From Gracilinanus agilis (taxonomy: Eukaryota), in the NCBI RefSeq assembly GCF_016433145.1, contig NC_058132.1, forward strand, positions 23,997,168 through 24,061,167: a stretch of DNA of 64,000 nt, written 5' to 3'. The notes under the pieces were generated by a model. The model was not told the origin of the DNA, did no database searches, and saw only the letters and a list, made by a program, of their open reading frames with translations. Shown here piece by piece: positions 1-10,447 of this stretch (the first letter of the stretch is position 1; each line of letters begins with the position of its first letter). The position numbers and the translations under genes are program-made.

Positions 1-810
1 AGAGAGGGGGAGAGAGAGAGAGGAGATTTAGGGAGATGGTGAGGCAGAAGGACCAGCTAGTCATTTTTCTTTGTCACAGGGAAGGCTCCTTGGGTGGGGA
101 TTGGGCACATCTTGAAGTAACTCACTAGACGTGTCAGGAGAATTCCTGGCTCCACAGAGTGTCTGGGAGGGGGAGGAGTGCTGGCCAGGAGCCCCATGGG
201 AGACTGTCAAGGTCTGGGTCAGGTCAGTGGCCCCAGGAGAAGAGCCGAGGACCCAGATGGAGGCTGTGACTTCACTGGTATCCAGAATGCCGATGCCATA
301 AGGGGATTCTTCAGGTTGGCATCTCCCTTGATGCCGTTGATCCTAGAGAGCTGCCACACATACAGAGAGATGCCAAGTACCTTGCCCAAGGTCATGAGGC
401 TGCTCTGTGACTGGAGCAGGACTCGAAGCCAGAGTTCTTGGCTCTGACGGCTCATCTCTAGCCACTCTGCTCCACTGTCTCTCATGAACAGGGAGGGGAG
501 GGACAAATACATGAAATGTTGCAGATGTTGATTGGAGAGGCCTGGGGGGTACCTGACAGGATATGGGAGGGAGCGAAGGAAAGGGCAGAGTCAGAAGTAA
601 TCTTAATCAAAGAAGGCTTCCTGAGGGAGGTGTGTTGTGGGTCTATGGTTTTGGGGAAGGGTTTAACAGAGAGATTTCTTGAGAAGCTGACACTAAGCTG
701 GGCTCCGAAAGGCTCAGAAAATGGCCTGAACCTAGAGGCAGACATCACCGAATGGACATCTGACACTGTCAGGAGGGAGAGCTAATGGAAGACCCTTTGG
801 GGAACCAAAA

Positions 811-814
<4 letters not shown>

Positions 815-883
<69 letters not shown>
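815..883. repeat. (CT)n microsatellite
   Basis: Directly visible. Confidence 0.95.
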
Positions 884-886
<3 letters not shown>

Positions 887-2080
887 GAATTTAATACGAT
901 GAAATTTAATGTAATGGGCTCCCTTAACTCTCCAAGCAAAAGTTGCCTGTGTGGTAAGGTGTCATAGAAAAAAGCAGTGGATATGGAGTCAGGAAGACTT
1001 TGAGTTCGAATCCTGACTCAGACACTTCTTAGCTATGTGACTTTGGACATGTCACTTGACCTTTAGGAATCCTCCTACACTCTTCACTCCCACCTCACTC
1101 CCCATATCCAATCTGTTGCTAAAGCCTGTCAATTCTACCTTATATTCTAATAGCTCTTAGTTTTTATTTTTAAAAAATTTAACCCTTATTTTCTGTCTTA
1201 GTAACAATTCTAGGACAGTAAGGCATGGGTTAGGCAATGGGGGGAGGGGGTGAATGACTTGCCCAGGGTCACACAAGAAGTATCTGAGTTCACATTTGAA
1301 CCCAGGACCTCCCATCTCTAGACCTGGCTCTCAATCCACTGAGCTACCCAGCTGTCCTAGGTATGGTTTCTTTTGTAACATGGCTGGTATGGAAATATCT
1401 TTTGTGTGACTTTGCAGGCATAATTGATATCATATGACTGGCTTTCCCAAAGAGTAGGGGAGAGGGCAGGAGAGAGAAAAAGAATCTGGGACTCAGAATT
1501 TCTAAAATTGAATGTTAAAATAATTTTCAAATGTAATTGGAAAATATTTAATGAAATCAATAAAATATATTTTAAAAAGAAATGCTTGTTGACTGTTTGC
1601 CTCGGTTTCCTCATCTGTAAAGTGGAAATAATAATGGAACCTACCCAAGGGCTATTGAGAGGATCAGATGAGAATTCTGTATGGAAAGTGCTTTGGAAAC
1701 CTTAAAACCCCACATAAATGTAAGCCAGTGTTATTAAGAGGGATTCTGGTTCTGCGATGGGATGACCTTGGATCCTTTCCAGCTGGGACATTCTGGCAGT
1801 CTACGTGGTCAATGAACCAGGATGACTGTCTTTGGGCAAACCGGTGGAGTGAAATTGGCTGAGTGTGTCAATGGAATCCTGGGGCTCTGGAGAAGAGATG
1901 GCCAGGGGACATGAAAGCTGCCTTTGAAGTATCTGAAGGACTGTCACGTCCTGCAGAGGGAAAGGGACTGAGCAGCCGGAGAAGCCGAGAATCAGAAGAC
2001 ACCTGAGCCAGGCTCTAGTCAGTCCCCTAAAGCAATGCTTCTCAAAGAGTGGTCTGCGGACCCCCGAGTTCTGCCGAGAG

Positions 2081-2272
2081 CAGTGGTTCCCCAACTTTTT
2101 TGGCTTGCCACCCCCTTTCCAGAAAATATATTACTTAGCCCCCTGGAAATTAAATTTTTTTTGTTTAATACCAATTAATAGGAAAGATAAATGCACCTGT
2201 GGCCATCACCGCCTCCCCTGGATCGCTGCAGCACCCACCAGGGGGCGGTGGCGCCCACTTTGGGAATCACTG
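2081..2272 (+). mobile_element. Non-autonomous hAT/Charlie-type MITE, apparently nested in an older Charlie-like element
   Basis: TIRs CAGTGGTTCCCCA / TGGGAATCACTG; second copy at 3579-3772; CpGs retained. Confidence 0.8.
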
Positions 2273-3166
2273 TCCTAGACCCTTCCCCAGAGTTCACAAG
2301 TTCAACACGTTTTCATAATAATCCCAAGAAGTCATATTAGTCATTATTAGTAATACTTAATTAGTCATATAGTAAAAATCTAGAGATACAGTCCTCACAA
2401 TCAAAGGCTTCTGGGAGGGAGTCCTCAATAATTTTTTGTTTGTTTATTTTTAAGCCTTACCTTCAGTCTTAGAATCAATACTGTGTAGTGGCTCCAAGGC
2501 AGAAAAGCAGTAAGGGCTAGGCAATGGGGGTGAAGCGACTTGCCCAGGGCCACACAGCTGGGAAGTGTCTGAGGTCAGATTGGAAACCAGGACTTCCATC
2601 TCTGGGCCTGGCTCTCTATCCACTGAGCTACCCAGCTGCCCCTCTCAATGTTTTTTAAGAATGTAAAGGAGTAGGGCAAGCTAGATAGCACAGTGGATAG
2701 AACCTGGGTTTTAATCTGGCCTCAGACATTTCTAGTTGTGGGACCCTGGGCAAGTTAATCCTCTTTGCCTAGCCCTTGTCACTCTTCTGTCTTAGAATTG
2801 ATACTAAGGCAGAAGGCAGGGGCAGCCAGGTGGCCCAGTAGATAGCACACCAGACTTGGAGTCAAGAGGGTTCAAATATGGCCTCAGATACTTCCCTGCT
2901 GTGTGACCTTAGTAAAGTCACTGAACCCCATTTGACTATCCTTTACCCTTCTGCCTTGGAGTTGTTATTAAGACAGAAAGTAAGGGTTAAACAAACAAAA
3001 AAAAAGTATAGAGGGGTCCAAAGTCCAAGAAGTGGGAGAACTGTTGTCCTACAAGAATCCCACTATACCATACCCAAGTTTGAAGCCCCTTCTGTCCCCC
3101 TCCCCCAAGAAAGGGGGACTCATTGCTTCTTGGGGCAAAAGATTCCACTTCCAGTAGACAGCTGTT

Positions 3167-3379
3167 GGGGGCAGCTGGGTGACTCAGTGGATTGAGAGCC
3201 AGGCCGAGAGACTGGAGGTCCTGGGTTCAAATCCGGCCTCAGACACTTCCCAGCTGTGTGACCCTGAGCAAGTCACTTGACCCCCATTGCCCACCCTTAC
3301 CACTCTTCTGCCTTGGAGCCAATACACAGTATTGATTCCAAGATGGAAGATGAGGGTTAAAAAACAAACAAACAAACAA
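3167..3379 (+). mobile_element. Young tRNA-derived CORE-SINE (SINE1_Mdo-like)
   Basis: A/B-box head gggcagctgggtgactcagtgg...ggttcaaatc, CORE tgtgaccctgagcaagtcactt, A-rich tail. Further approximate copies at 1165-1356, 2447-2642, 2675-3005, 9160-9358, 12170-12350, 28700-28893, 37310-37745, 39325-39525, 39915-40122, 40858-41035, 43665-43880, 52711-52895, 59227-59340 and 63867-64000. Confidence 0.85.
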
Positions 3380-3578
3380 CCAGCTGTCATGGTTAGGAAG
3401 CTTGTCTTTCCAGAACCCCTAACTCTGCCACTCTGCACTGTTCCCCGAAGTGCTCCTGGTTTTCTCCCCCGCCCCCTCCCGGGGCAAACAAATTTGTCTC
3501 ATCTCTCAAAGCTGTTATGTCCTCCCCAAATATTCTTCTGTATGGGTTAAACGTGCTCAGTTCCTCCAGCCTCTACAT

Positions 3579-3772
3579 CAGTGATTCCCAAAGTGGGCGC
3601 CACCGCCCCCTGCTGGGTGCTGCAGTGATCCAGGAGAGTGGTGATGGCCACAGGGGCATTTATCTTTCCTATTAATTGCTATTACAATTTAAAAAAAAAT
3701 TAATTTCCAGGGGGCTAAGGAATATTTTTTCTGGAAAGGGGGTGGCAGGCCAGAAAAGTTTGGGAACTCCTG
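3579..3772 (-). mobile_element. Second copy of the same hAT MITE, inverted
   Basis: Reverse complement of 2081-2272; 8-bp TSD ctctacat / ctctaaat. Confidence 0.85.
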
Positions 3773-4281
3773 CTCTAAATCAATGGCCTTTGGGGGCCAA
3801 AAACTGGGAATCATGGGCAGGCTCTGCTGAGAGGGACATTTTGGTTTGATAGCCAGTAAGACTTCCCAGTTTTCCCACTGAATGTAGGTGGGTGGGCAGC
3901 CTGGGGCAGGTTGGTCCCCTCTTCCTGAAAGTCTTCAAGCAAAGGCTTAGTTCCCCCCCCCCCAATATGTTGGAGTGGGAATTCTTTCCCTGGGATATCT
4001 GAGACTAGATGCTTCCTGAGACCTATTTCAACTCAGATTCTGGGAGCCAGGGAAACCCTAACCCTGAGGGATGGAGACAATGCCGGGGTGCCTGGAGGTC
4101 TGTGCTGAGGGTGGGGAAAAAGGAGGCCCAAAGATGAGACCTCTGAGGAGACCAGGACTTGGGGGAGGATGGAGGCAAGAGCCACTGGGGAGGGAGAACA
4201 GACTGGGGTGACTTGGGGTAACACTTTTCTGCCCCATCAGAAAGAAAACACAATGAGAAGAAAAGTCCAGAATTCTGGTTG

Positions 4282-4287
4282 TTTATT
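4282..4287 (-). terminator. NANOS2 polyadenylation signal AATAAA
   Basis: First AATAAA I found after the stop (about 1.06 kb 3' UTR), followed by a U/GU-rich tract (cttttcttctcattgtgttttcttt). Confidence 0.7.
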
Positions 4288-5343
4288 GCAGCTCTGAACA
4301 AAACCGAACAGCATGAAGTCTGCTTATTCTAGCCTCCCTCCCCCCAACCCCTACAAAAATAAGATCTAGGAACTTAAAATCCTTCTGCAGCCCCCCTCGT
4401 TGCCCCCCCCCAGCCACACTGATCCCCTGCTCCCTGGAGACCTCAGAAAACGGAAGAGAGGCTGTCTGTCCTCCCCACAGCTGTCCAGGCAATGAGAAGG
4501 GCTTTCCATGGCGGCCAGAACTGCCCACTGAGTGGTCTGGGGCCCAGGTCATGGCAGGTGGGGGTGGGGGCCAAGAACAGAGCCCAGAAACAGGTACATG
4601 AGAACAGTATAAGAAAGGCTTACTCCCCCCACCCCCCACTCCCAGCTATTCCGGAGCGCTGGGGAGAGGACTTTGGGGACCAAACACAGGGACTGGGCAC
4701 CCCCCGGAAATCAGAGGTGTCATGGGAGCGTTCCAGCAGAAAAGGTAGCATGTGGTCATCCTGAAGAGATCGCCGTGTCCTGGGATGCCGAGGGGTCCTC
4801 AGAGGACAGCAGCCGGTGGGAACGTCGGAGGGAGGGCGGGAGAGGGAGGCAGAGACAGAGGCTGGAACGCTCTCGGTCTCGTGGATGATCCACACGTGGA
4901 GGGAGGTCTGTGGCTCCTCTGGAAGTCCCCCCAGGGCCCGGGAAGTTGGAGGTTGGCAGGGGGTGCGGGGAAGGACTGGGGAGACCCAAGTGGAGGGTTT
5001 CCCAGGGATGACACAAGCTGGGAGTGGAGGATTTCGGATGTAGAGAAATTCCGGGTGTGGGGGGGACCCAGGGCCAGGGTGATCAGGAATGGGGGAGCCC
5101 CCCAGATTGAGTTTTCTCCAGGAAGGAGCAAACTGGAAAGGGGGAGTTTCTGGGGCTCAGAATACTCGAGGCAAGGAGAGAGAAGAGGGGACCAGCCCCC
5201 GGGGGGAATGGGATGGTCTGGGGCTTCCCTGGGCTTGGGAGGCCTGGGAGTGGGGTGACTCCCAGGGAGACAGAAATCCCTGGGATGGGGCAAAGGCCGG
5301 GGTAGTCCTGGACGGGTCCAGAGGAGGAGGCCCACATCCTCCC

Positions 5344-5736
5344 TCACCGCTTGACCTTTCTCCCAGCCGAGTTTCGCCCGCTTCGACGGTACAGGGACTG
5401 CTGGCCCCCATTGAGCGGGCAGTACTTGAGGGTGTGGGCCAGCCCCCCAGTGGCTCCACACAGCGGGCAGACGTAATGGCGAAGGATGGGGCACACCACT
5501 ATCCCCTCGGGGGTCTTCAACAGGTGGGAGGTGTACACGTGCCGGGACTCTCCGTTGTGCTTGCAGAAGTTGCAGAGAGGCCCCCCGGCGGCCACCTGCC
5601 TCGACTGCAGAGCCTCGGCCTCCTGCCGGCCCCTCTCCCCACCCCCGGGGCCCCCTTGGCCAGAGATCACCTCCCACAGGATCTTGTTCAGATTCAAATA
5701 GTCCTTCCACATATCAAAGGGGGCTGGCAGCTGCAT
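5344..5736 (-). CDS. NANOS2: Nanos C2HC-type zinc finger 2, 130 aa, single coding exon
   Basis: N-terminal NOT1-interacting motif FDMWKDYLNL. Twin CCHC finger (CNFCKHNGESRHVY...CPILRHYVCPLC...HTLKYCP). NANOS2-typical C-terminus QSLYRRSGRNSAGRKVKR. Synteny with NOVA2. Confidence 0.98.
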   Translation of the reverse strand: MQLPAPFDMWKDYLNLNKILWEVISGQGGPGGGERGRQEAEALQSRQVAAGGPLCNFCKHNGESRHVYTSHLLKTPEGIVVCPILRHYVCPLCGATGGLAHTLKYCPLNGGQQSLYRRSGRNSAGRKVKR

Positions 5737-5839
5737 GGGTGCCTGGTGTGGAAGGCAGGCTGTTGCAGAGGGGGGCTGGAGGCAGCCTGCGAGAGGAGGG
5801 GCGGGGGCAGGGGCAGGAGCAGGGGAGAGGGGGGCTGCC

Positions 5840-5846
5840 TTTTATA
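5840..5846 (-). promoter_or_regulatory. NANOS2 TATA box (TATAAAA)
   Basis: Minus-strand CCTATAAAAG about 105 nt upstream of the ATG, in GC-rich context. Confidence 0.7.
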
Positions 5847-8724
5847 GGATGGCTAGAGACCTCTGAAGGCAAAGGTGGAGCCTCTAATTTAAAGGGCCCA
5901 CTCCCTTCCTCTGCCCCCACCCCTGCCCTACCCCCAGCTGGGAGCCAGCCTGGGGAGGCTAAGATAGCCTCAAGTTTTCATTCCTGGTCCACCACCAGCT
6001 GGCTGGGTGACCTTGGGCAAGTCACTTGCCCTTTCTGGGCTTGGGAATTCCTTTTCTGGGATGCCTCAGAGTTGTACTAAACTCAAAGTCTCTCAGAATG
6101 TCATAAGGATCCCTTATAACATAAAATGCAGGAGCTGGAGGGGTCCTAGAGAGGATCTGTTCCAACTCTCACATTTTTGTTTACTTTGTTTCTCAGTCAT
6201 TTAACAGAAAAGAAAACTGAGTCCAAGAGAAGGGAAAGGCCTGGCCCAGGGTCACAGAGTGAGTCAGTGGTGGAGCTGAGCCTGGAACCAGGGACAGTGG
6301 AGAGCATCCAAGCCAGCTTTCCCCTTTTACAAGAAGAGAAACTGAGGCTCTGAGAGGGAGACAAGGTCTGTCCTAAAGCCTGTCAACAAGGATTTTGCTA
6401 ATTCTCTTGTGGGATGGGTTGTACAACTGTTCTGTTTAGTCCATCTCCACAATCCTTTTGTCCATGATTCTGGCATTTCTGGAGGTTATGGGGAGAACTG
6501 GGAAAAAATGAGTGTGTGTGGTGTTTGGGGGCTACACTCTCCTCCCCTCCCCCATTCCTAGTGGGGAAGACTCAAAGCAGGATGAGGCTAGGGACCCCCT
6601 CCTCACCCCCTCTGCTCCCCACTTCAGCACACCTTTGGAGAAGAAAACAAGATGAAACTGATAAGAAATTTACCAGCCTTGTTTACTTGAACCTGACTCC
6701 CTCTAAGCCAATCAAAGGCAATAATAGCAGGGTGTGGGTGCCTCTTTGGGTTTCCCCCTCCTTTTGAGTTCTCCCCCCATTTGTCAGTTTCAGCCTCTTT
6801 TAGTGTCTGTTGGAGTCAGGCATGGGAGGGACCGCCCCCCAACACCCCTAGTTGCAGGTCCTTAGTTTCCCCCTTATCGGGACAGCCCCAGGCCAGTTAA
6901 TCTCTTTGGGTAAGCTAGTGCTAGCAGGTGACGGGATTTTGATTGGCACCAGTGTTGGTGAAGATGTGGCACGCGTGCAGAGCTGGCACTCCAGGAGCTG
7001 CTCCATGGCCCCTCTCTTCCCAGTGCCTGAGGACTTTTTTTTTGCATGCCTCACCCCTCTTGTCCAGTCCCCCAAAGCAAGCACTTTCTCCTTCAACTCT
7101 CTCTGCTAATGCAGGGGCTCAGGGACAGCTCGAGTTTGCCCTCTGGGCATTCGAACTCAGAAAAGGTTCCCCAACGAGGGCTGTGTGCTCAAAGACAGAA
7201 GTCTTTCCTGAGCTTCTGCCAGGCTTAGGACCAGAAAGGGGAAAGTAGCTCCCATTCTCAAAGAAGGTTGGGACGAAGCTCCAAGAGCAAATTGTGAGGA
7301 AAGAGCCTTCAGGTCAGAGTGGGCTGGGGAAGCTAGAGAGAAAACTGAGGTCAAATAGGTATGGAAATGGAGAGAGAGGAAAAAAGGGATCAAGTTGACA
7401 GAGGAAAAGAAAGGAAAACTAGAAAGAGGTCGAAATACAATAGGGGAGAAACTCAGAGAAAAAATGAAGACTGAGATGGAGAAAAGAAAAAAGATGGAGA
7501 CAGAAAGGGAAGATGACATATAAGTGAGGCACATAGCTTCTCTGGGCAGATTTCATCTATAAAATGAGGGGTTTGTGCTGGATGGTTTTTGGGGTGCTAC
7601 GTTCTAAATCAAGGTCTCAGAGATGGAAAGAAAAGACGCACAGTAGTGTGAAAGATGAAGTCAGAGATTGTTTTCTGTCCTTCGGTTTTGGAGTGGACCA
7701 CTGATATCAGGGGGTGACGATTTGTGCGTGAATTGGATTTCAGTGAGGCAGAGTTGCACAAAGTCATCAGCCTCACTCTCTCTTCCAGAATCATCCAAGT
7801 CCAGAGGCAAAACCAAAAGCCAGCCAGGATGACCAGTGATGGTCCAGGATACAGTGGAGGACCTTGGTATCTTCTATGTCTGACCAAATTCTAAGTTCTC
7901 CACAGCACCTACTTTTCCAACTCGCCTTCGTGGCTGTTAGAACAAATTGTTCTCATCTGCCCCCCCCCCCCCTCTCTCTCTCTAAATCATCACAAACTTT
8001 GAGTAGAATCTGTTCCCTTACCTCACTGGCAGTTAGCCTCAACTTGGTTTAGCTCAATCTGCTAAGCTTTTACCAGGATGTGGCCACAGGTGAGAGGTGG
8101 GCAAAAAATGGGTGAATAGCCCTGAAAGGAGCTTGACAAGTCCTCACACCAGCAGTGCTAAGTCCTACCTGAACACCCCATATACCCCCCCCACCCTGAG
8201 AAAGAGATAGAAATGGAAAGAGACTGAGATAAAGAGATAGAAATAGTCTAGAGATGTTAAGAAATGTATAGGAAAAGACAGAGATGGAGAAAGAGAGGCA
8301 GATAACAATGGAAATGGGAAAAAATGTAAGCTACTTGCAGGCAGATTCTTTTAACTCTCTCCTCATGGCCTAGAATATAATTCATGATGATTGGATTGAG
8401 CTAGATGGAGAGAGGTTAGGATATTGGGATGGGATAGAGATAAGACATAAAGGCAGAGAGATAGAGAAATTGGACTACCTGATGCTCTAAATCCCATTGT
8501 TCTAAAATAAAGAGAAAAAAAAAAGAGTCGAGGAAACCCTGATACACACCCCATCACAGGCAGAGAGAAGGGGCTGAAAAGGTGAGAGAAAATTGGCAAA
8601 TTTTTTTTTCTAAGTAGTTGAAGCTGAGAGTGGCAAAAATGCCCTTTTTTTGGTTGAATTTTCAAAGGACTTCCCCCTTAAATTTCTTGAAGGGGGAAGT
8701 CCTTTGAAAATCTTCCTCCTAGGG

Positions 8725-9048
8725 CAGTGATGGTGAACCTTTTAGAGACAGCGTGCTGTGCCCCTTGCCCCCGATAAGTGTTGGGCCTGTTCTGCCCCTC
8801 CATTACCCCACACAGGGGAGGCAGAAAGCGCTCCCATTGGGCTGCTGGACAGAGGGGCTGATGAAGTGAGGTGGGTGATGTGAAAAAATGTCATCAGGCA
8901 CAGTGGAGAGGGGAAGGGGAGCAGCTCTGCCCAAGTCCCTCTACCTTTCGGGTAATGAACTGGGAAGGGGGGGGAGGGTAAGGGCATTGTGGGTGTCCAC
9001 AGAGAATGAGCCATCTTTGGCACTTGTGCCATAGGTTCATCTTCACTG
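8725..9048. mobile_element. hAT MITE resembling non-autonomous OposCharlie1 (OC1)
   Basis: TIRs CAGTGATGGTGAACCT / AGGTTCATCTTCACTG; 8-bp TSD tcctaggg / acctaggg. Family name from memory of the TIR. Confidence 0.75.
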
Positions 9049-10350
9049 ACCTAGGGACTCCTCCCTGTTTTTCAGTTTGCCTATCAGCATAAAAAGAGGG
9101 TAGATTGAGTTCTGATATTAACACACCATTCTCTGACCTAAGATTTCATGTCCAATAACATTTTTTAAACCCTTACCTTCTGACTTAAGAGTCAATACTG
9201 AGAATTGGTTTCAAAGCAGAAGAGTGGTTGGGCAATGGGGGTTAAGTGACTTGCCCAAGGTCACCCAGCTAGGAAGTCATCTGAGGCAAGATTTGAATCT
9301 AGGACCCTCCTGTTTCTAAGTTTGGTTCTCAATCCACTGAGCCACCTAGCTATCCCCCTGACTATAACATTCTAACAGTGTCAGAACCTGATAACCTGGG
9401 ACGGACTTCAGGTCAAAGTTTCACCTGCATCTCCTGGGATCACTTCCTGTCCTCATTCCCCACCATCTCTTCTTCCTCTATTCTATTTGGACTGTAGAAG
9501 TCCAGTACTTCCTCTCCCACATACCTGTCATCTAGTCTTCTCCATATATCAGCAGCCCTTTTAAAGGGAGGCGAGGCAGGAGCCACACACCTGACCTCGC
9601 CAACCCTTTTGACAGTGGGAGAAACTGAGACCAAAAGAGCGATTTCCCAAGGCTACCCAAGGGAGGCCAGACAGAGATCTCATCCAATCCAGAGCTCCTT
9701 CCGCCTCAACCAAAAAGGCGAATGCCTTGAGACAATGAAGGATGCGGAAATGGAGATAGGAGACTGAAATAAAGTGGGAGACCTTTGGAGAAAGGGGTGG
9801 AAGCGGGGAGAGTGAGAGCAATACTGTCCATTCCTGGTTTCTGGTTTTTTTTTTTTTTTTTTTTTGCCTAGTGCTCTGTGACAGGTGATGGTGGGACTGC
9901 AGCGGCTGGTGGTTGTTTCCTGGACTTGAGGTAGTGAGTGAGGGGGGGTGCGGTGGAGGATGGAGACCCCGGGCCTGCTAGTTACATTGCGGATCTTCCT
10001 GTCCAGATCCCTGGTAACAGTTACAGCTCCGGCCTCCGGTTCTCGCCCCAATTCGCCCCAGTGCTCTTATTCCACCCAAGGGACAGCCTGCTTCTCCAGT
10101 TCCAGACCCCGCCCCCCTCTCTAGACCCCTCTTCTCTCCCCTCCTGGGCCTGTGAAGCCCACCCCTGCTCCCACTTTCCCCCCCACCCTCTCTAAGGCCA
10201 CGCCCTTGGAATGCCTCCCCCCTCCCCCCATGGGCCTCTAGTTTTCCCCGCTGAAGGTCCCACCCTGGACCCCGCCCCCCTCGAAAACTTATCACGTCCC
10301 TCAGAAGCACATAATTGGGAAGCGGAGGGGGTCCCAGCCCCGGAGAGGAG

Positions 10351-10356
10351 TTTATT
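10351..10356 (-). terminator. AATAAA of the zipper gene short isoform
   Basis: Canonical hexamer about 60 nt after the predicted stop. Confidence 0.6.
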
Positions 10357-10416
10357 GACCCCCGGAGGGGGTTTGTTTCCGTGGGGGGACGGGGAGGTGC
10401 ATCCGGCCTCGGGGAC

Positions 10417-10447
10417 TCACGGGAGCCGCCGCCCTGTGTTCGCAGCC
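10417..10447 (-). CDS. Zipper gene exon 9 (AANTGRRLP-stop)
   Basis: Acceptor ctcttgtctctctcacctggggctcccacttcag. TGA at 10419-10417 overlaps a GTGAGT donor. Confidence 0.72.

Noticed and set aside
219-512. 97-aa hydrophobic-looking ORF (minus)
   Set aside because: It overlaps a decayed tRNA/CORE-SINE-like head (gtggctagag...ttcgagtcctg...tgaccttgggcaag). No recognisable domain or exon structure.
4799-5847. Long ORFs of 303 and 252 aa overlapping NANOS2
   Set aside because: Shadow frames of a GC-rich CDS/UTR; low-complexity products.
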